Shown one piece after another: positions 39,701-47,693 of a DNA stretch of 64,000 bases; within the stretch, counting starts at the first letter, position 1; each line of letters begins with the position of its first letter. The position numbers and the translations under genes are program-made. Below the pieces are notes generated by a model. The model saw nothing but the letters and a program-made list of their open reading frames with translations, ran no database searches and was not told the origin of the DNA. Origin of the DNA: a virus; IMG/VR virus record IMGVR_UViG_3300036820_000006, positions 1 through 64,000 of that record; one strand, 5' to 3'.

Positions 39701-40239
39701 GCGGCTGGCTGGGCGTGTATGGCAACGCCCCAATCACCATCACCTCCGGCTCGTCCAGTGGGACGACAAACGTTGTCGGCGACCAAGACCAGCTTGACGA
39801 CTGGGAGCCGTACACATTGGTCCAGGTTGATGCTGGGAACGCCACGAGCACGAACTTCCTCTCCGTATTGCAGTGGGGAGCGTCCAGCTTCACTCCTGCG
39901 ACGGCAACGGCGGTCACTTCGAGTTCGGGCCAGACCTTCGACGGCACTCTGGTGGGTACGACGCTGGCCATGTTCATGCGCGTTCCTGCTACGTTCACCG
40001 GCGTGACTTTCCCAGCCTCCAGCGCCACAACGCTGTACGTGGCGGACCTAACCCCGAACACGAGCTACACGGTTTCGGGCGCAGGGACTCCGGGTTCCTG
40101 CACAACCGATCCGGCTGGGGTATGCACCTTCTCTGCCACCGGGACAGGCAACATCAGCGTCAGTCCCGGTGGCGTGGCCGCACCGCCAGTCAATTTAACT
40201 GGGACTATCAGCATTACAGGAAGCGCGGTTATCCGATGA
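36760..40239 (+). CDS. exported Ig-like + heparinase II/III-like (polysaccharide lyase-like) protein
   Basis: Signal ending ALFA|Q; two Ig-like segments (VTWSSTGG; LTWTVDTPTVATVASAGLIT); DHEHGFCGGFDVYSNGEYI. Confidence 0.6.
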   Translation: MGVGDILGETSKRLRIAASLLLLSFILFPLALFAQTVQTFAVPAAISVPVDTVQTCKAIVNGSLNQAVTWSSTGGMLSAGQDPNTEGITSASTGTFTLTATSVADGTKTASCVVTFTGDPSVATTYPRLILPASQVATMQAKGLTSNPLYSAIFTPAQAAYTADSAIWTFSTWSGSACTGGSGPSSDQSQNFVENDAFWMAQVALMDNSSSNRNQYGCPAHDVFMTNIEYAINGEFKVDGNRMSGSADQFALTADLLLGGGYLSSADQAVVRNFLAVVAYDQVNSFYGSEGVIGSYNSATQFTNFGDSSYVFMRAMGNNYTQSRMLILTAAALQFDDNTSADPLMPTGGVVSAPPQNQGSTWTVGEQFTIGSGAAVGQCTAVSGGACTATEVITASTGYNNTSNPLSTTATSGSGTGLTVNIVALNTCGAARGTLCPDGSGGDLHAYWGYMTGAMLYKYWANEEDPGITQQAYNAAYANLPSNPSCSTEWGGTAPCMGSSQGGEASEGTFYGNAFAGFIQTAIAIQNAGYFNPSLYGPQMSALTSSYNDQRILADYTAMTGMSGLQAEPARWNFLTNGDSDNNYVYPASYSTESTMLMDDYLSGRTDRANNLEWIVLNSAWGGADGTHSCTMGPCGFINSLADPFGEATLPDIFIALPAGNPVTVNPPTDPRATLPTDWYDIGNQHIAVRDNGWATGTGTIFSTYCTNTHIDHEHGFCGGFDVYSNGEYIAKGRTEFNDYNDAMSAAMYKQTAPALQFPGQTTCTVNPSSNFCSYWEGFTFGGEMWHGTQGGVATLLHSDSPVYVASTADDTVLNTGAATNSHYSPFNQTSLRSTSQIYLRGSQQVITYNRVATGTNSWNKSNFFVTTGAPTISGGTATWLTRSGTQKAAWTPLLPAGATFTNARLPQYVTITAAHSTLNSGSTMQATCTVTYADGSTADVSSLTGWAGNLTWTVDTPTVATVASAGLITPVAAGSFNLRCGWLGVYGNAPITITSGSSSGTTNVVGDQDQLDDWEPYTLVQVDAGNATSTNFLSVLQWGASSFTPATATAVTSSSGQTFDGTLVGTTLAMFMRVPATFTGVTFPASSATTLYVADLTPNTSYTVSGAGTPGSCTTDPAGVCTFSATGTGNISVSPGGVAAPPVNLTGTISITGSAVIR

Positions 40240-40835
40240 GAGCTACGCTGCTCCTGCTCGCGTTGCAGTCGGTCGCATTGACATGGACGCCTTCTCCAAC
40301 CCCCGGAGCAGTATCGAGCGTCTATCGCATCGGAGATGCGTGTCCTTCAACTATTACAGGCGGTATCCAGCTTGCTAGCGGACTTACTGGGGCAACATTC
40401 ATCGATACCACCCCGGTTGCAGGCTCAACCTATAGCTACTACCTGACCGCCATCGCACCGGGCTATGCCACTTCACCTCCATCTAATTGTGTTACGGAGT
40501 CGATACCTAACCCAGCCCCGCCGCCCCCGCCGCCGCCACCGCCAGCACTCACGCCTGCCCTGCTCACAATTGGCGTTTCAGCCTCAAACGTAAATATGAG
40601 TAAAGTTTCCGTAGCGGTCAAAGCTGCCACTGGAAAAGTTGTGCCTCAAGGTACCGTTACATGGACCATACAAGGCACCACTATTTTCACCACCACACTC
40701 ACTCGGCAAGGCCAGACTTCCGCCTCAATATGCACCATGTTGATGCAGTTTTTGCCGGTCACTATTACATATTCCGGCAGCAGCACCTTTGCCCCATCTA
40801 CAATTACGCTGCCTGCTACAGGTTACAGAAATTGA
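40236..40835 (+). CDS. Fn3-like + Ig-like protein with poly-Pro linker
   Basis: ATGA overlap; hydrophobic N-terminus; VALTW..FIDT..YSYYLTA..PPSN; PQGTVTW..TYSGSSTF. Confidence 0.65.
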   Translation: MRATLLLLALQSVALTWTPSPTPGAVSSVYRIGDACPSTITGGIQLASGLTGATFIDTTPVAGSTYSYYLTAIAPGYATSPPSNCVTESIPNPAPPPPPPPPPALTPALLTIGVSASNVNMSKVSVAVKAATGKVVPQGTVTWTIQGTTIFTTTLTRQGQTSASICTMLMQFLPVTITYSGSSTFAPSTITLPATGYRN

Positions 40836-40943
40836 TTGTGTTAGCTCCATAGGGCGCTTTAAAGTGATTGCGCACCTTAGGGTATCTAACCTCAGGAAAT
40901 CCGACCCTCGAAGACGGTGCATCCTAAGGAGGAAAGTGGGCCA

Positions 40944-41276
40944 ATGCCGCCAGAGGGGTCAGCATTCATGCAAGCTAAGATCGATGGACTGGAAAAAGTG
41001 GTAGCAGGATTGTCGGCTACGATGGAAGCCAATCACAGGCAGAATCGTGGGGATATCCATCGATTGTTCGACAATCAACAGACCATCGCTGACTCAATTC
41101 GTGTAGGGTTAGATCATATCGCAGATAAAATTAGTATTCGCTGCGATGGAATTGAGAGCGATGTTATGGACTTAAGATTGAAGTGGGCACGCGCTACGGG
41201 CTACTCAGCAGCGGTAGCTGGATTATGCGCGCTGCTGTTCGAACTTATCAAATTGGGGATAGATCACATTCGATGA
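40944..41276 (+). CDS. coiled-coil protein with C-terminal TM (holin/XhlA-like)
   Basis: AAGGAGG RBS; C-terminal AAVAGLCALLFELI; precedes endolysin. Confidence 0.55.
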   Translation: MPPEGSAFMQAKIDGLEKVVAGLSATMEANHRQNRGDIHRLFDNQQTIADSIRVGLDHIADKISIRCDGIESDVMDLRLKWARATGYSAAVAGLCALLFELIKLGIDHIR

Positions 41277-41719
41277 ACAGTCATGCTGATTACGCGCTTC
41301 TCGCCTTATGTTTGTGGAAAGAAGATCGTTCTGGAGGAAACACTGGTATGACTGCTGTGGCCTGCGTAGTGCGCAACCGGGCCACACGTAATCACACCAC
41401 TTATTATGAGGAGCTAACTGAGCCTGAGCAATTCTCCTCACTAACCGCCAAAGGCGACCCGGAGCTGACGGTATTCCCCAAGCCGAACGACATCTGGTGG
41501 CAGGCAGCACAGCTTATCGCGGGCAATGTGGTCGATGGCAACGTGGCTGACATCACCGGAGGGGCGACGATGTATTATGCGCCCCGAGGGCTGGGGCCGA
41601 CCACTAAAACATTTACGCCACCTGGTGGCCAGCTGGTGCCGTTTCCTGAGGACTGGAATGCAACCGTGCTCACTTACACTGTAACCATAGGCGGACAACT
41701 CTTCTTTCGGCCGAATTAG
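41273..41719 (+). CDS. SleB/Hydrolase_2 cell-wall hydrolase (endolysin)
   Basis: LALCLWKEDR..GMTAVACVVRNR..QFSS..DITGGATMYY..IGGQLFF. Confidence 0.85.
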   Translation: MNSHADYALLALCLWKEDRSGGNTGMTAVACVVRNRATRNHTTYYEELTEPEQFSSLTAKGDPELTVFPKPNDIWWQAAQLIAGNVVDGNVADITGGATMYYAPRGLGPTTKTFTPPGGQLVPFPEDWNATVLTYTVTIGGQLFFRPN

Positions 41720-41760
41720 CCCCTGAAAACTCTTTACTCACCTCTGGCTTGCATGCTCTC

Positions 41761-42105
41761 ATGCGGGCCATGAGCAAAGCATGGACATCATTGCAGACGT
41801 GGCTGAGCAAGCATTCCATCAGTTCCAAAACGATAGCCTCTGTATGGCTGTTTATCGTAGCGATGTTCTATGCAGAGCCAAGCTTCCGCGAATATGTAAA
41901 GCAGGCTTATACCCACCTACCGCTCTGGCTGCACGGTTTTATTGCGGGGGTGGTTCTGCCCGCGTGCTTGTTCTGGAAGACGTGGAAGACGGTGCGGGAG
42001 ACTCCAACAGCTTCAGTAGCGCGAACGGCCTCAGCGACTAGCTCAGCGAACAGCTCGGCGGCTAACTCATTCGGTTCTTCAGGCCCACTCAATCTCAACC
42101 AGTAA
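41761..42105 (+). CDS. putative holin
   Basis: Two hydrophobic helices; two Met starts (41761, 41770) separated by an Arg; after endolysin. Confidence 0.55.
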   Translation: MRAMSKAWTSLQTWLSKHSISSKTIASVWLFIVAMFYAEPSFREYVKQAYTHLPLWLHGFIAGVVLPACLFWKTWKTVRETPTASVARTASATSSANSSAANSFGSSGPLNLNQ

Positions 42106-42119
42106 GGGAGAAGGCAGCA

Positions 42120-42704
42120 ATGAAACAACTCACGCTCACGCTCAAGCCTAAGTCCAAGCTCGACCGCAGGTGCTTCCTCAAACTCACAGGCACGGCTGCG
42201 GCAATCACTGTGATACCTAGCTCGCTGCTGCTCTCTGGCTGCAATTCCGAATCCATCGTGCAGGGCCTCAACATCGTGCTTCAGTCGGCCGAAGGCATTC
42301 TCAACGTGCTTGCGCCCGGTGATCCATGGGCTGCGGATTTCCAGCAAGCGGTAGCCGCGCTGCAGCAGGCCGAGGCGGCATGGCAAGGCGGCGGCGCGAT
42401 CAACATTATCGTGTCGGCGCTGAACACGCTGGAAGCGGTCACTGCTGTGGTTCCGTTCACCGCGCCTTATTCTGCATTGATCGACATTCTCGTGGCTGGA
42501 ATTGAATCAGTGCTGCTGCTGATTCAGAACCAGAATCCATCAGTGTCGGTCGCAGCGGCCGCGACTGCGCACCCGAATCCGCACGAGGGCAAATATCATC
42601 TGGGCAGGCCACATGCATTTCAGACCCCGGTGGGCGTTTACCGCAAGGCATGGAATGATGCCGTGAAAGCGAACCCCGTGCTGGCGGCGGCTAAGCTGCA
42701 GTAG
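42120..42704 (+). CDS. Tat-signal lipoprotein (spanin candidate)
   Basis: DRRCFLK twin-arginine motif and LSG|C lipobox. Confidence 0.7.
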   Translation: MKQLTLTLKPKSKLDRRCFLKLTGTAAAITVIPSSLLLSGCNSESIVQGLNIVLQSAEGILNVLAPGDPWAADFQQAVAALQQAEAAWQGGGAINIIVSALNTLEAVTAVVPFTAPYSALIDILVAGIESVLLLIQNQNPSVSVAAAATAHPNPHEGKYHLGRPHAFQTPVGVYRKAWNDAVKANPVLAAAKLQ

Positions 42705-42764
42705 GAGCTAGGAGCTGGGAGCTAGGAGCTGGGAGCTGGGAGCTGGGAGCTAGGAGCTGGGAGC
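42702..42764 (+). repeat. 9 tandem TRGGAGC heptamers
   Basis: Counted directly; fills the intergenic gap up to 5 nt before ATG 42770. Confidence 0.95.
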
Positions 42765-42769
42765 TGGCT

Positions 42770-43579
42770 ATGGCATTGAAGCGACTTTACACTGCTCTAC
42801 GCGATTCACTTGATCCGCGTGATAGAGTGCTGCCTCAACCCGCATCTCTTATGTCACCTTTGCCTACTGTGCCTAATGTGAGCTTAGCGCAATGGCTGGG
42901 GACTGTGAAGGACCAAGGAGCTACCGGGAGCTGCACGGCGCAAGCAGGCACGGGCATTTTAGAATGGCATTACAACCGCTTTAAATCTCAATCTCTGGCA
43001 TTCTCACCACAATTCCTGTATCGTGCCGAGCGGATTGTTGAGGGCGATGTCACGATGGATGGCGGCGCACAGTCTCGCACTATGATGAAAGTGCTGTGCC
43101 AGTATGGGACCTGTTTAGAAAGTAGCGATCCTTACAATGGGAATACCGGTTGGCAGCAGCCTACTACTCTAGCGCAACTAGCAGAAGCGCGTGGCTATCG
43201 CATGGGCGCTTATCATCGCGTCAGTGATCTTGAAACATTGAAAGGCGTGCTCAGGTCCGGTTATGTGTCCTCACTCGCTATTGAGGTTTACGAAAGCTTT
43301 GAGACGCAGCTGGTAGCGGAAACCGGTACTGTGCCAGTACCCGCTAAAAGTGAGCAGTTCCTTGGCGGCCATGAGGTTTATTGCTATGGCTATGACGATG
43401 TGCGCAGCGTGCTGCTATGCCGAAATTCGTGGGGACTGGACTGGGGCGCGGCTGGAGACTTCACTCTTCCGTATGGCTATTGGTCAGCGGGCTATGTGAT
43501 GGATTCGTGGTGCTGTCATTTTGGGTCTCCTTGGAAGCTAGCGCCGTCGCTAGCGAACCTACCCAACCAGCACCCATAG
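42770..43579 (+). CDS. papain-family (C1) cysteine peptidase
   Basis: VKDQGATGSCTA (Gln, Cys), GGHEVYCYGY (His), RNSWGLDWG (Asn). Confidence 0.9.
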   Translation: MALKRLYTALRDSLDPRDRVLPQPASLMSPLPTVPNVSLAQWLGTVKDQGATGSCTAQAGTGILEWHYNRFKSQSLAFSPQFLYRAERIVEGDVTMDGGAQSRTMMKVLCQYGTCLESSDPYNGNTGWQQPTTLAQLAEARGYRMGAYHRVSDLETLKGVLRSGYVSSLAIEVYESFETQLVAETGTVPVPAKSEQFLGGHEVYCYGYDDVRSVLLCRNSWGLDWGAAGDFTLPYGYWSAGYVMDSWCCHFGSPWKLAPSLANLPNQHP

Positions 43580-43859
43580 CTAACTTATCTATCTCCTGTG
43601 CAGGCATGCTCTGGCTCACTGCTTTCGCAGCAGCATCAGCTTTCATACGTGACAACCATTGCTGAGCCGCTTTGATGACGCACGCATCGCTGCAAGCATC
43701 GGTGGCCAGTATGCGGTTATAATGATAGCCATGAGGCTCCGCACCCTCCCATGGCACCACCTCAAAGCCAACTCCAGTTGAATAAACAGTGAACCAGTGA
43801 TTAGTTTCTTTCTTGATGGCATCGCAGATGCCACAAAATGTGGTTGGTTTGGTTGGCAT
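43461..43859 (-). CDS. zinc-binding hypothetical protein
   Basis: AAGGAG RBS; CGIC...ACSDAC. Confidence 0.6.
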   Translation of the reverse strand: MPTKPTTFCGICDAIKKETNHWFTVYSTGVGFEVVPWEGAEPHGYHYNRILATDACSDACVIKAAQQWLSRMKADAAAKAVSQSMPAQEIDKLAMGAGWVGSLATALASKETQNDSTTNPSHSPLTNSHTEE

Positions 43860-43902
43860 GGCAACTCCTTTTGGTTTATTTAAATTAGATAGAATCGCTC
43901 AC

Positions 43903-44127
43903 TTAGTGGGCCTCCGATTTGGCCTTAGGTTTATAGGAATGCGCAGGAATTAGGCGGCTGACAATGAGCGCAAACGTTGCAAGCAGGAGCGCACATTGAC
44001 CTCCAGTAGACAGCGGCAAGCCGACCTCGAACCATGCTGACCCGGCGAACCAAATGAAGGCCACCATGCTCATACAAACCCCACTGACTACAAGCACCAT
44101 TCCAATCGCTAGCAGTATCTTCTTCAT
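43903..44127 (-). CDS. small membrane protein
   Basis: Two hydrophobic segments. Confidence 0.55.
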   Translation of the reverse strand: MKKILLAIGMVLVVSGVCMSMVAFIWFAGSAWFEVGLPLSTGGQCALLLATFALIVSRLIPAHSYKPKAKSEAH

Positions 44128-44177
44128 TCCTCATCTCCTCGCTCACCGGTTTTGAAATTCAGGGAAAAGCGGCTTGT

Positions 44178-44378
44178 CTACCTTTCGACTATTTCCCAGT
44201 CATCGGCAAGTAGGTCGAAGCCGTCTAGAATGTGCTCGCCACCGTCAGCGCATCCGATGGCGAGGAAGAACCACGGCACTCCACTCGACATCCAGACCTT
44301 GCCAGCATACTTAGCACGCTGCACCGAATGGCCATCTTTGCACCATTCCACCGCTTGTCTAATATCCGCCATTCTCAA
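44178..44378 (-). CDS. DUF2829 / Tad2-like protein
   Basis: IRQAVEWCKDGHSVQR...DLLADDWEIV. Confidence 0.65.
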   Translation of the reverse strand: MRMADIRQAVEWCKDGHSVQRAKYAGKVWMSSGVPWFFLAIGCADGGEHILDGFDLLADDWEIVER

Positions 44379-44394
44379 CCGCCTCTTTCTGTTT

Positions 44395-44598
44395 TCAATC
44401 TGACTTAGGTCTACCGTCTACAGGCAGGGCGCGTCCTTGTCGCTCTACTACGCGGCGCACTAAATCCAACATGCTAAGTACATCTTCAACGTCCTCGCGC
44501 GAGAAGGTTCCCCCAATGTCAATAGAGACCGATCCAGCAGTGAATCCCGTAGACTTGACGCCCGCTCGCACAATGAATAGTTCTGGCATCTCGCTCAC
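44395..44598 (-). CDS. hypothetical protein
   Basis: Overlap-coupled ORF with GGAGG RBS. Confidence 0.55.
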   Translation of the reverse strand: MSEMPELFIVRAGVKSTGFTAGSVSIDIGGTFSREDVEDVLSMLDLVRRVVERQGRALPVDGRPKSD

Positions 44599-44819
44599 TT
44601 CATCCCTCCTGATGCAGCCCCGCCCTTGGGTTCAGGGGGTTTTGCGGCGATTTCGGGTGGAGTGTCGAGAAAGCACACCAATAGGAGACCAATCGTGCTG
44701 AGCACTATGCAGGTAAAAGCTCCAACAGCCGAGTCCCACTTGTGGATTCCAGCTTCATACCCGCATGCCCACTCGCTAACAAACGTGATGATGAGCAAAT
44801 AAACCCACAAAGCTCTCAT
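44595..44819 (-). CDS. small membrane protein
   Basis: Two hydrophobic segments; overlap-coupled. Confidence 0.55.
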   Translation of the reverse strand: MRALWVYLLIITFVSEWACGYEAGIHKWDSAVGAFTCIVLSTIGLLLVCFLDTPPEIAAKPPEPKGGAASGGMK

Positions 44820-45721
44820 TTCCGGCCGCCTTGATCTGTATTCCCCTGAGACTGAACCGAATCACGTTTCACAATCTTGCCGCAGCGGATGCAAGTGCGC
44901 GTTAGATCGCCGGATGCATTGGATACTGCCACTCCGCCACATACGCACCGTGGCCATACATCTGGATTCCCCTGAGACTGAACTTCACGGAGACGGGAGA
45001 GCACTGCCCTCAAGGCAGCATTCCAAGCTGATCGCCAAAGGATGTTGCTCGTCTCATCTCCTAAACTGTTGATGATCCTCTCTAGCTCTTCCTCTACTAG
45101 AAGGGGCTTGGAGGGGGGAGCGAGTTTGGCTTCGGCGGCTTCGGCACGGGCATTACGCCAAGTGCCTAGAACATCCGTTCCGCGTAAGCCTATCTCGAAT
45201 AGATGCACCGCCTGTTTCATGATCCATTTTGTGTGCGAAGCCCGCTCCGTATCCCGTTCCTTCTCTGCCTGTGCCAGCGACTCGTTCGCTGCCTGGAGTT
45301 GGGCCACCAACTCAGCCACTTCGGTATCCCGGGCATAGTACCCCCGCCTTGCTCCAGCTACAAAAATCTCGTCTGGTTCCTGACCGCCTCCATCGTCGAT
45401 GCACACTTGCCGAAGCCATTCGTTGAATCCTGAAGGCTTAGGCACGGCAGGAGCATTTCTACAGCCTTCTGTGGTGCAGAAGGGTTTGGGCGGCGCGAAG
45501 TTTGGATATCCGCACTGGTCGCATTCAGGCAATTCAGCCGAATTTGCCGATTTCAAGGCTGGTAGCTCAGGGGCGCACCCTTTGGGTTCAGGCATTGGAC
45601 TTCTCCTCTGGCTTGGCTTCTGATGCCCACGCGAGGATGCCAAGGAGATTACCCCAGCACTGCCGACACAATTTCCACGCCAATCCTTTGCGCCGGTACG
45701 CTCGATTGCAACCACCGTCAT
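44816..45721 (-). CDS. mosaic coiled-coil/zinc-finger accessory protein (start uncertain, possibly MPEPKG)
   Basis: CDQC..C..C and CVC..CIRC motifs; repeated VQSQGN. Confidence 0.55.
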   Translation of the reverse strand: MTVVAIERTGAKDWRGNCVGSAGVISLASSRGHQKPSQRRSPMPEPKGCAPELPALKSANSAELPECDQCGYPNFAPPKPFCTTEGCRNAPAVPKPSGFNEWLRQVCIDDGGGQEPDEIFVAGARRGYYARDTEVAELVAQLQAANESLAQAEKERDTERASHTKWIMKQAVHLFEIGLRGTDVLGTWRNARAEAAEAKLAPPSKPLLVEEELERIINSLGDETSNILWRSAWNAALRAVLSRLREVQSQGNPDVWPRCVCGGVAVSNASGDLTRTCIRCGKIVKRDSVQSQGNTDQGGRK

Positions 45722-45912
45722 TGCATTTCATTTACTTTTCCTCCTCATCTGGTAGGGCTGCTGGGCTACATCCATACAGCCCAATCCATTACGCCTTGTC
45801 GATACTAGTTTTGAAAATGTCAAGATGTTCCCGAAACTGGGCCGAAGTAATTCGGCTGTCGCGCAAATCGGCTAATTCCATCAGTAATATGAGGACTTCT
45901 GAGAATAGCTGT

Positions 45913-46680
45913 TTAGTCTTGGGGTCCATTTGATTCACCTCCTCCCTCGCGCGGTTCCTGTGGGCCGAGAGCGGCTACTTCGGGAATTGGCGGAAGCTTA
46001 TCGAGGTCTAAGCCATACTTCGCGGCTATCGTCTCATTCATCTTTCGCAACTGTTCGTCCTTGAAGTCAGGCAGGCGTCCGTTTTCAGCCTGTTCCCCGG
46101 ATGGGGGCGCGGGAATAGTTTTATTCCACTGGGCGCAAATCCAATCGGCCACCTCTGAGTCTTCACATTCCGCGATGGTATGGCCATTGGCAAAGACGGC
46201 GAACCCGTCGGATTGAAAAGTTCCGTTGATCGCAAGCCCGTAACTCGCTCGACCGGGATACATCTTGTGAGCCTGATGGTCATCACTCAGGGCCGCAGCT
46301 TCGGGACCAAGCTTGATTTCCGCTTGCTGCAACCGTTTCCGAAGATCATTGCAAATCTCAATCTGAGACTGAAGCGCAACTTGAAGGTCGCGATAGGAAC
46401 CGCAGTGAAGCGCAATATCAGCTTCTCGTGCATCGGCGAAATCCTTCAATTTAGCCGGGTCCACAGGTTGCAGGGCCGCAGCTTCGGGTGTGCTGGCCGG
46501 GTATGAAATAGATGGGTCAGCGAGGTAGCTTTCGCATAGGCAATAACAGCAACCTCTAGAACCGTCCGATTTCATATTGCAGCAATGCGCCACTCTTGTG
46601 TGATGGCACACATCACAAGGCACTAAATCTTCAAATGTGGGTACGCGCCCCACTTGCTTTCCCCCTTCTGCGCTGTTCAT
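45913..46680 (-). CDS. mosaic accessory protein
   Basis: Cys cluster; modules separated by PE(A/V)AAL. Confidence 0.55.
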   Translation of the reverse strand: MNSAEGGKQVGRVPTFEDLVPCDVCHHTRVAHCCNMKSDGSRGCCYCLCESYLADPSISYPASTPEAAALQPVDPAKLKDFADAREADIALHCGSYRDLQVALQSQIEICNDLRKRLQQAEIKLGPEAAALSDDHQAHKMYPGRASYGLAINGTFQSDGFAVFANGHTIAECEDSEVADWICAQWNKTIPAPPSGEQAENGRLPDFKDEQLRKMNETIAAKYGLDLDKLPPIPEVAALGPQEPREGGGESNGPQD

Positions 46681-47039
46681 AAGGTCTCCTTCGCACGCAA
46701 TAGACGATCTATCTCAGCAGCAATAAGAGCGCCCGCTTTGGCGAGATTGCGAATAGGATCGGGTGAAGGTTTCCACCACTTCTCGTCCCACGGCCACCAG
46801 CCCTCGTTGTCGGCTCCGGGCACCTCATGGTCACTTACAATCTCCAGTGCGTGGGCGGCATAGGTAACCGCAGCTCCGATCATCTCTCCCGTGATGTGCT
46901 CGTCGTCGTGCTCCGGCGTCCATCCTTCGGCGCATATCTGTCGTCTACGCTCTGCTGCGATAAGTTCAGCACCATCCATCGTCATCTCCAATTTCTCCTG
47001 CTCTCCTACATTCCGGGGTACAGAGGGGTCAAAAGTCAT
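46677..47039 (-). CDS. conserved phage protein (IAAERRRQ...WWKP...AEIDRL type)
   Basis: Recognisable widespread phage family pattern; function not assigned. Confidence 0.75.
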   Translation of the reverse strand: MTFDPSVPRNVGEQEKLEMTMDGAELIAAERRRQICAEGWTPEHDDEHITGEMIGAAVTYAAHALEIVSDHEVPGADNEGWWPWDEKWWKPSPDPIRNLAKAGALIAAEIDRLLRAKETL

Positions 47040-47071
47040 AGGTGCTCTCCTCTGAAATCAGAACTACGGCC

Positions 47072-47377
47072 CTACTTGGGGTCAGGTTTGACGGGCATAC
47101 CGAGGCGTTCCCTCAACTCGTCTTTGTCAATATCTGCACACGCTTTTCGATATTCCGCATCGGTAAGCCATAGCAGCCAGTCGGGCCAACCCTTCAGCTT
47201 GCCAGAGCCATACTTCCAGTCATGAATCCACTCAGAGAATGTCCGTCGCCTGAAGCATCTCTCTAGCAACCGAACGCCCATAAGAATCACTACGTCGGGC
47301 GCATTCAACTCAATCAGCCGTTTCAGCCGGTCTCTCCTGATTCCATAGAGACTCCGTTCCACTATCAACTTACTCAT
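47072..47377 (-). CDS. hypothetical protein
   Basis: AAGGAG RBS. Confidence 0.6.
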   Translation of the reverse strand: MSKLIVERSLYGIRRDRLKRLIELNAPDVVILMGVRLLERCFRRRTFSEWIHDWKYGSGKLKGWPDWLLWLTDAEYRKACADIDKDELRERLGMPVKPDPK

Positions 47378-47690
47378 GGCTTTCTCCTTTCGGTGCGCTG
47401 AGGGCGTCGTAGCGGCGGATTATGGGGGCAGCCTTACTTTGCGCTTCCCTAAACTCGCCCATCGTAATTACATCTTGATATCCCCTCAGCGCTTCTACGG
47501 CTTCGCGGAGGAGGTCAGGCTTGACCACATCAGAGGCGGCTTCTCAAGCGTCTAACAATGGAATCATTACGAGTTGCGGATGAACGCAGATCGTGCGGTT
47601 CTCACTAGAAGCAGATGTCACTCCCTTGCGCAATGCTGTTATCAGCTCCGGTGACAACTCGGGCCGCTGGTCCTGCTTTCCATCACTCAT
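47374..47690 (-). pseudogene. disrupted small gene
   Basis: ATG 47690 with GAGGTG RBS; MSDGKQ...LLDA, then in-frame TGA, continuing EAASDVVKPDLLREAVEALRG and an apparent later frameshift. Confidence 0.4.
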
Positions 47691-47693
47691 GGC

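Noticed and set aside
28623-40835. Diversity-generating retroelement acting on fibre genes
   Set aside because: No reverse transcriptase and no template/variable repeat pair seen
43501-43535. Self-target for array 2 in the peptidase gene (SWCCHFGS)
   Set aside because: Only a partial match that needs an insertion and breaks the gapped register
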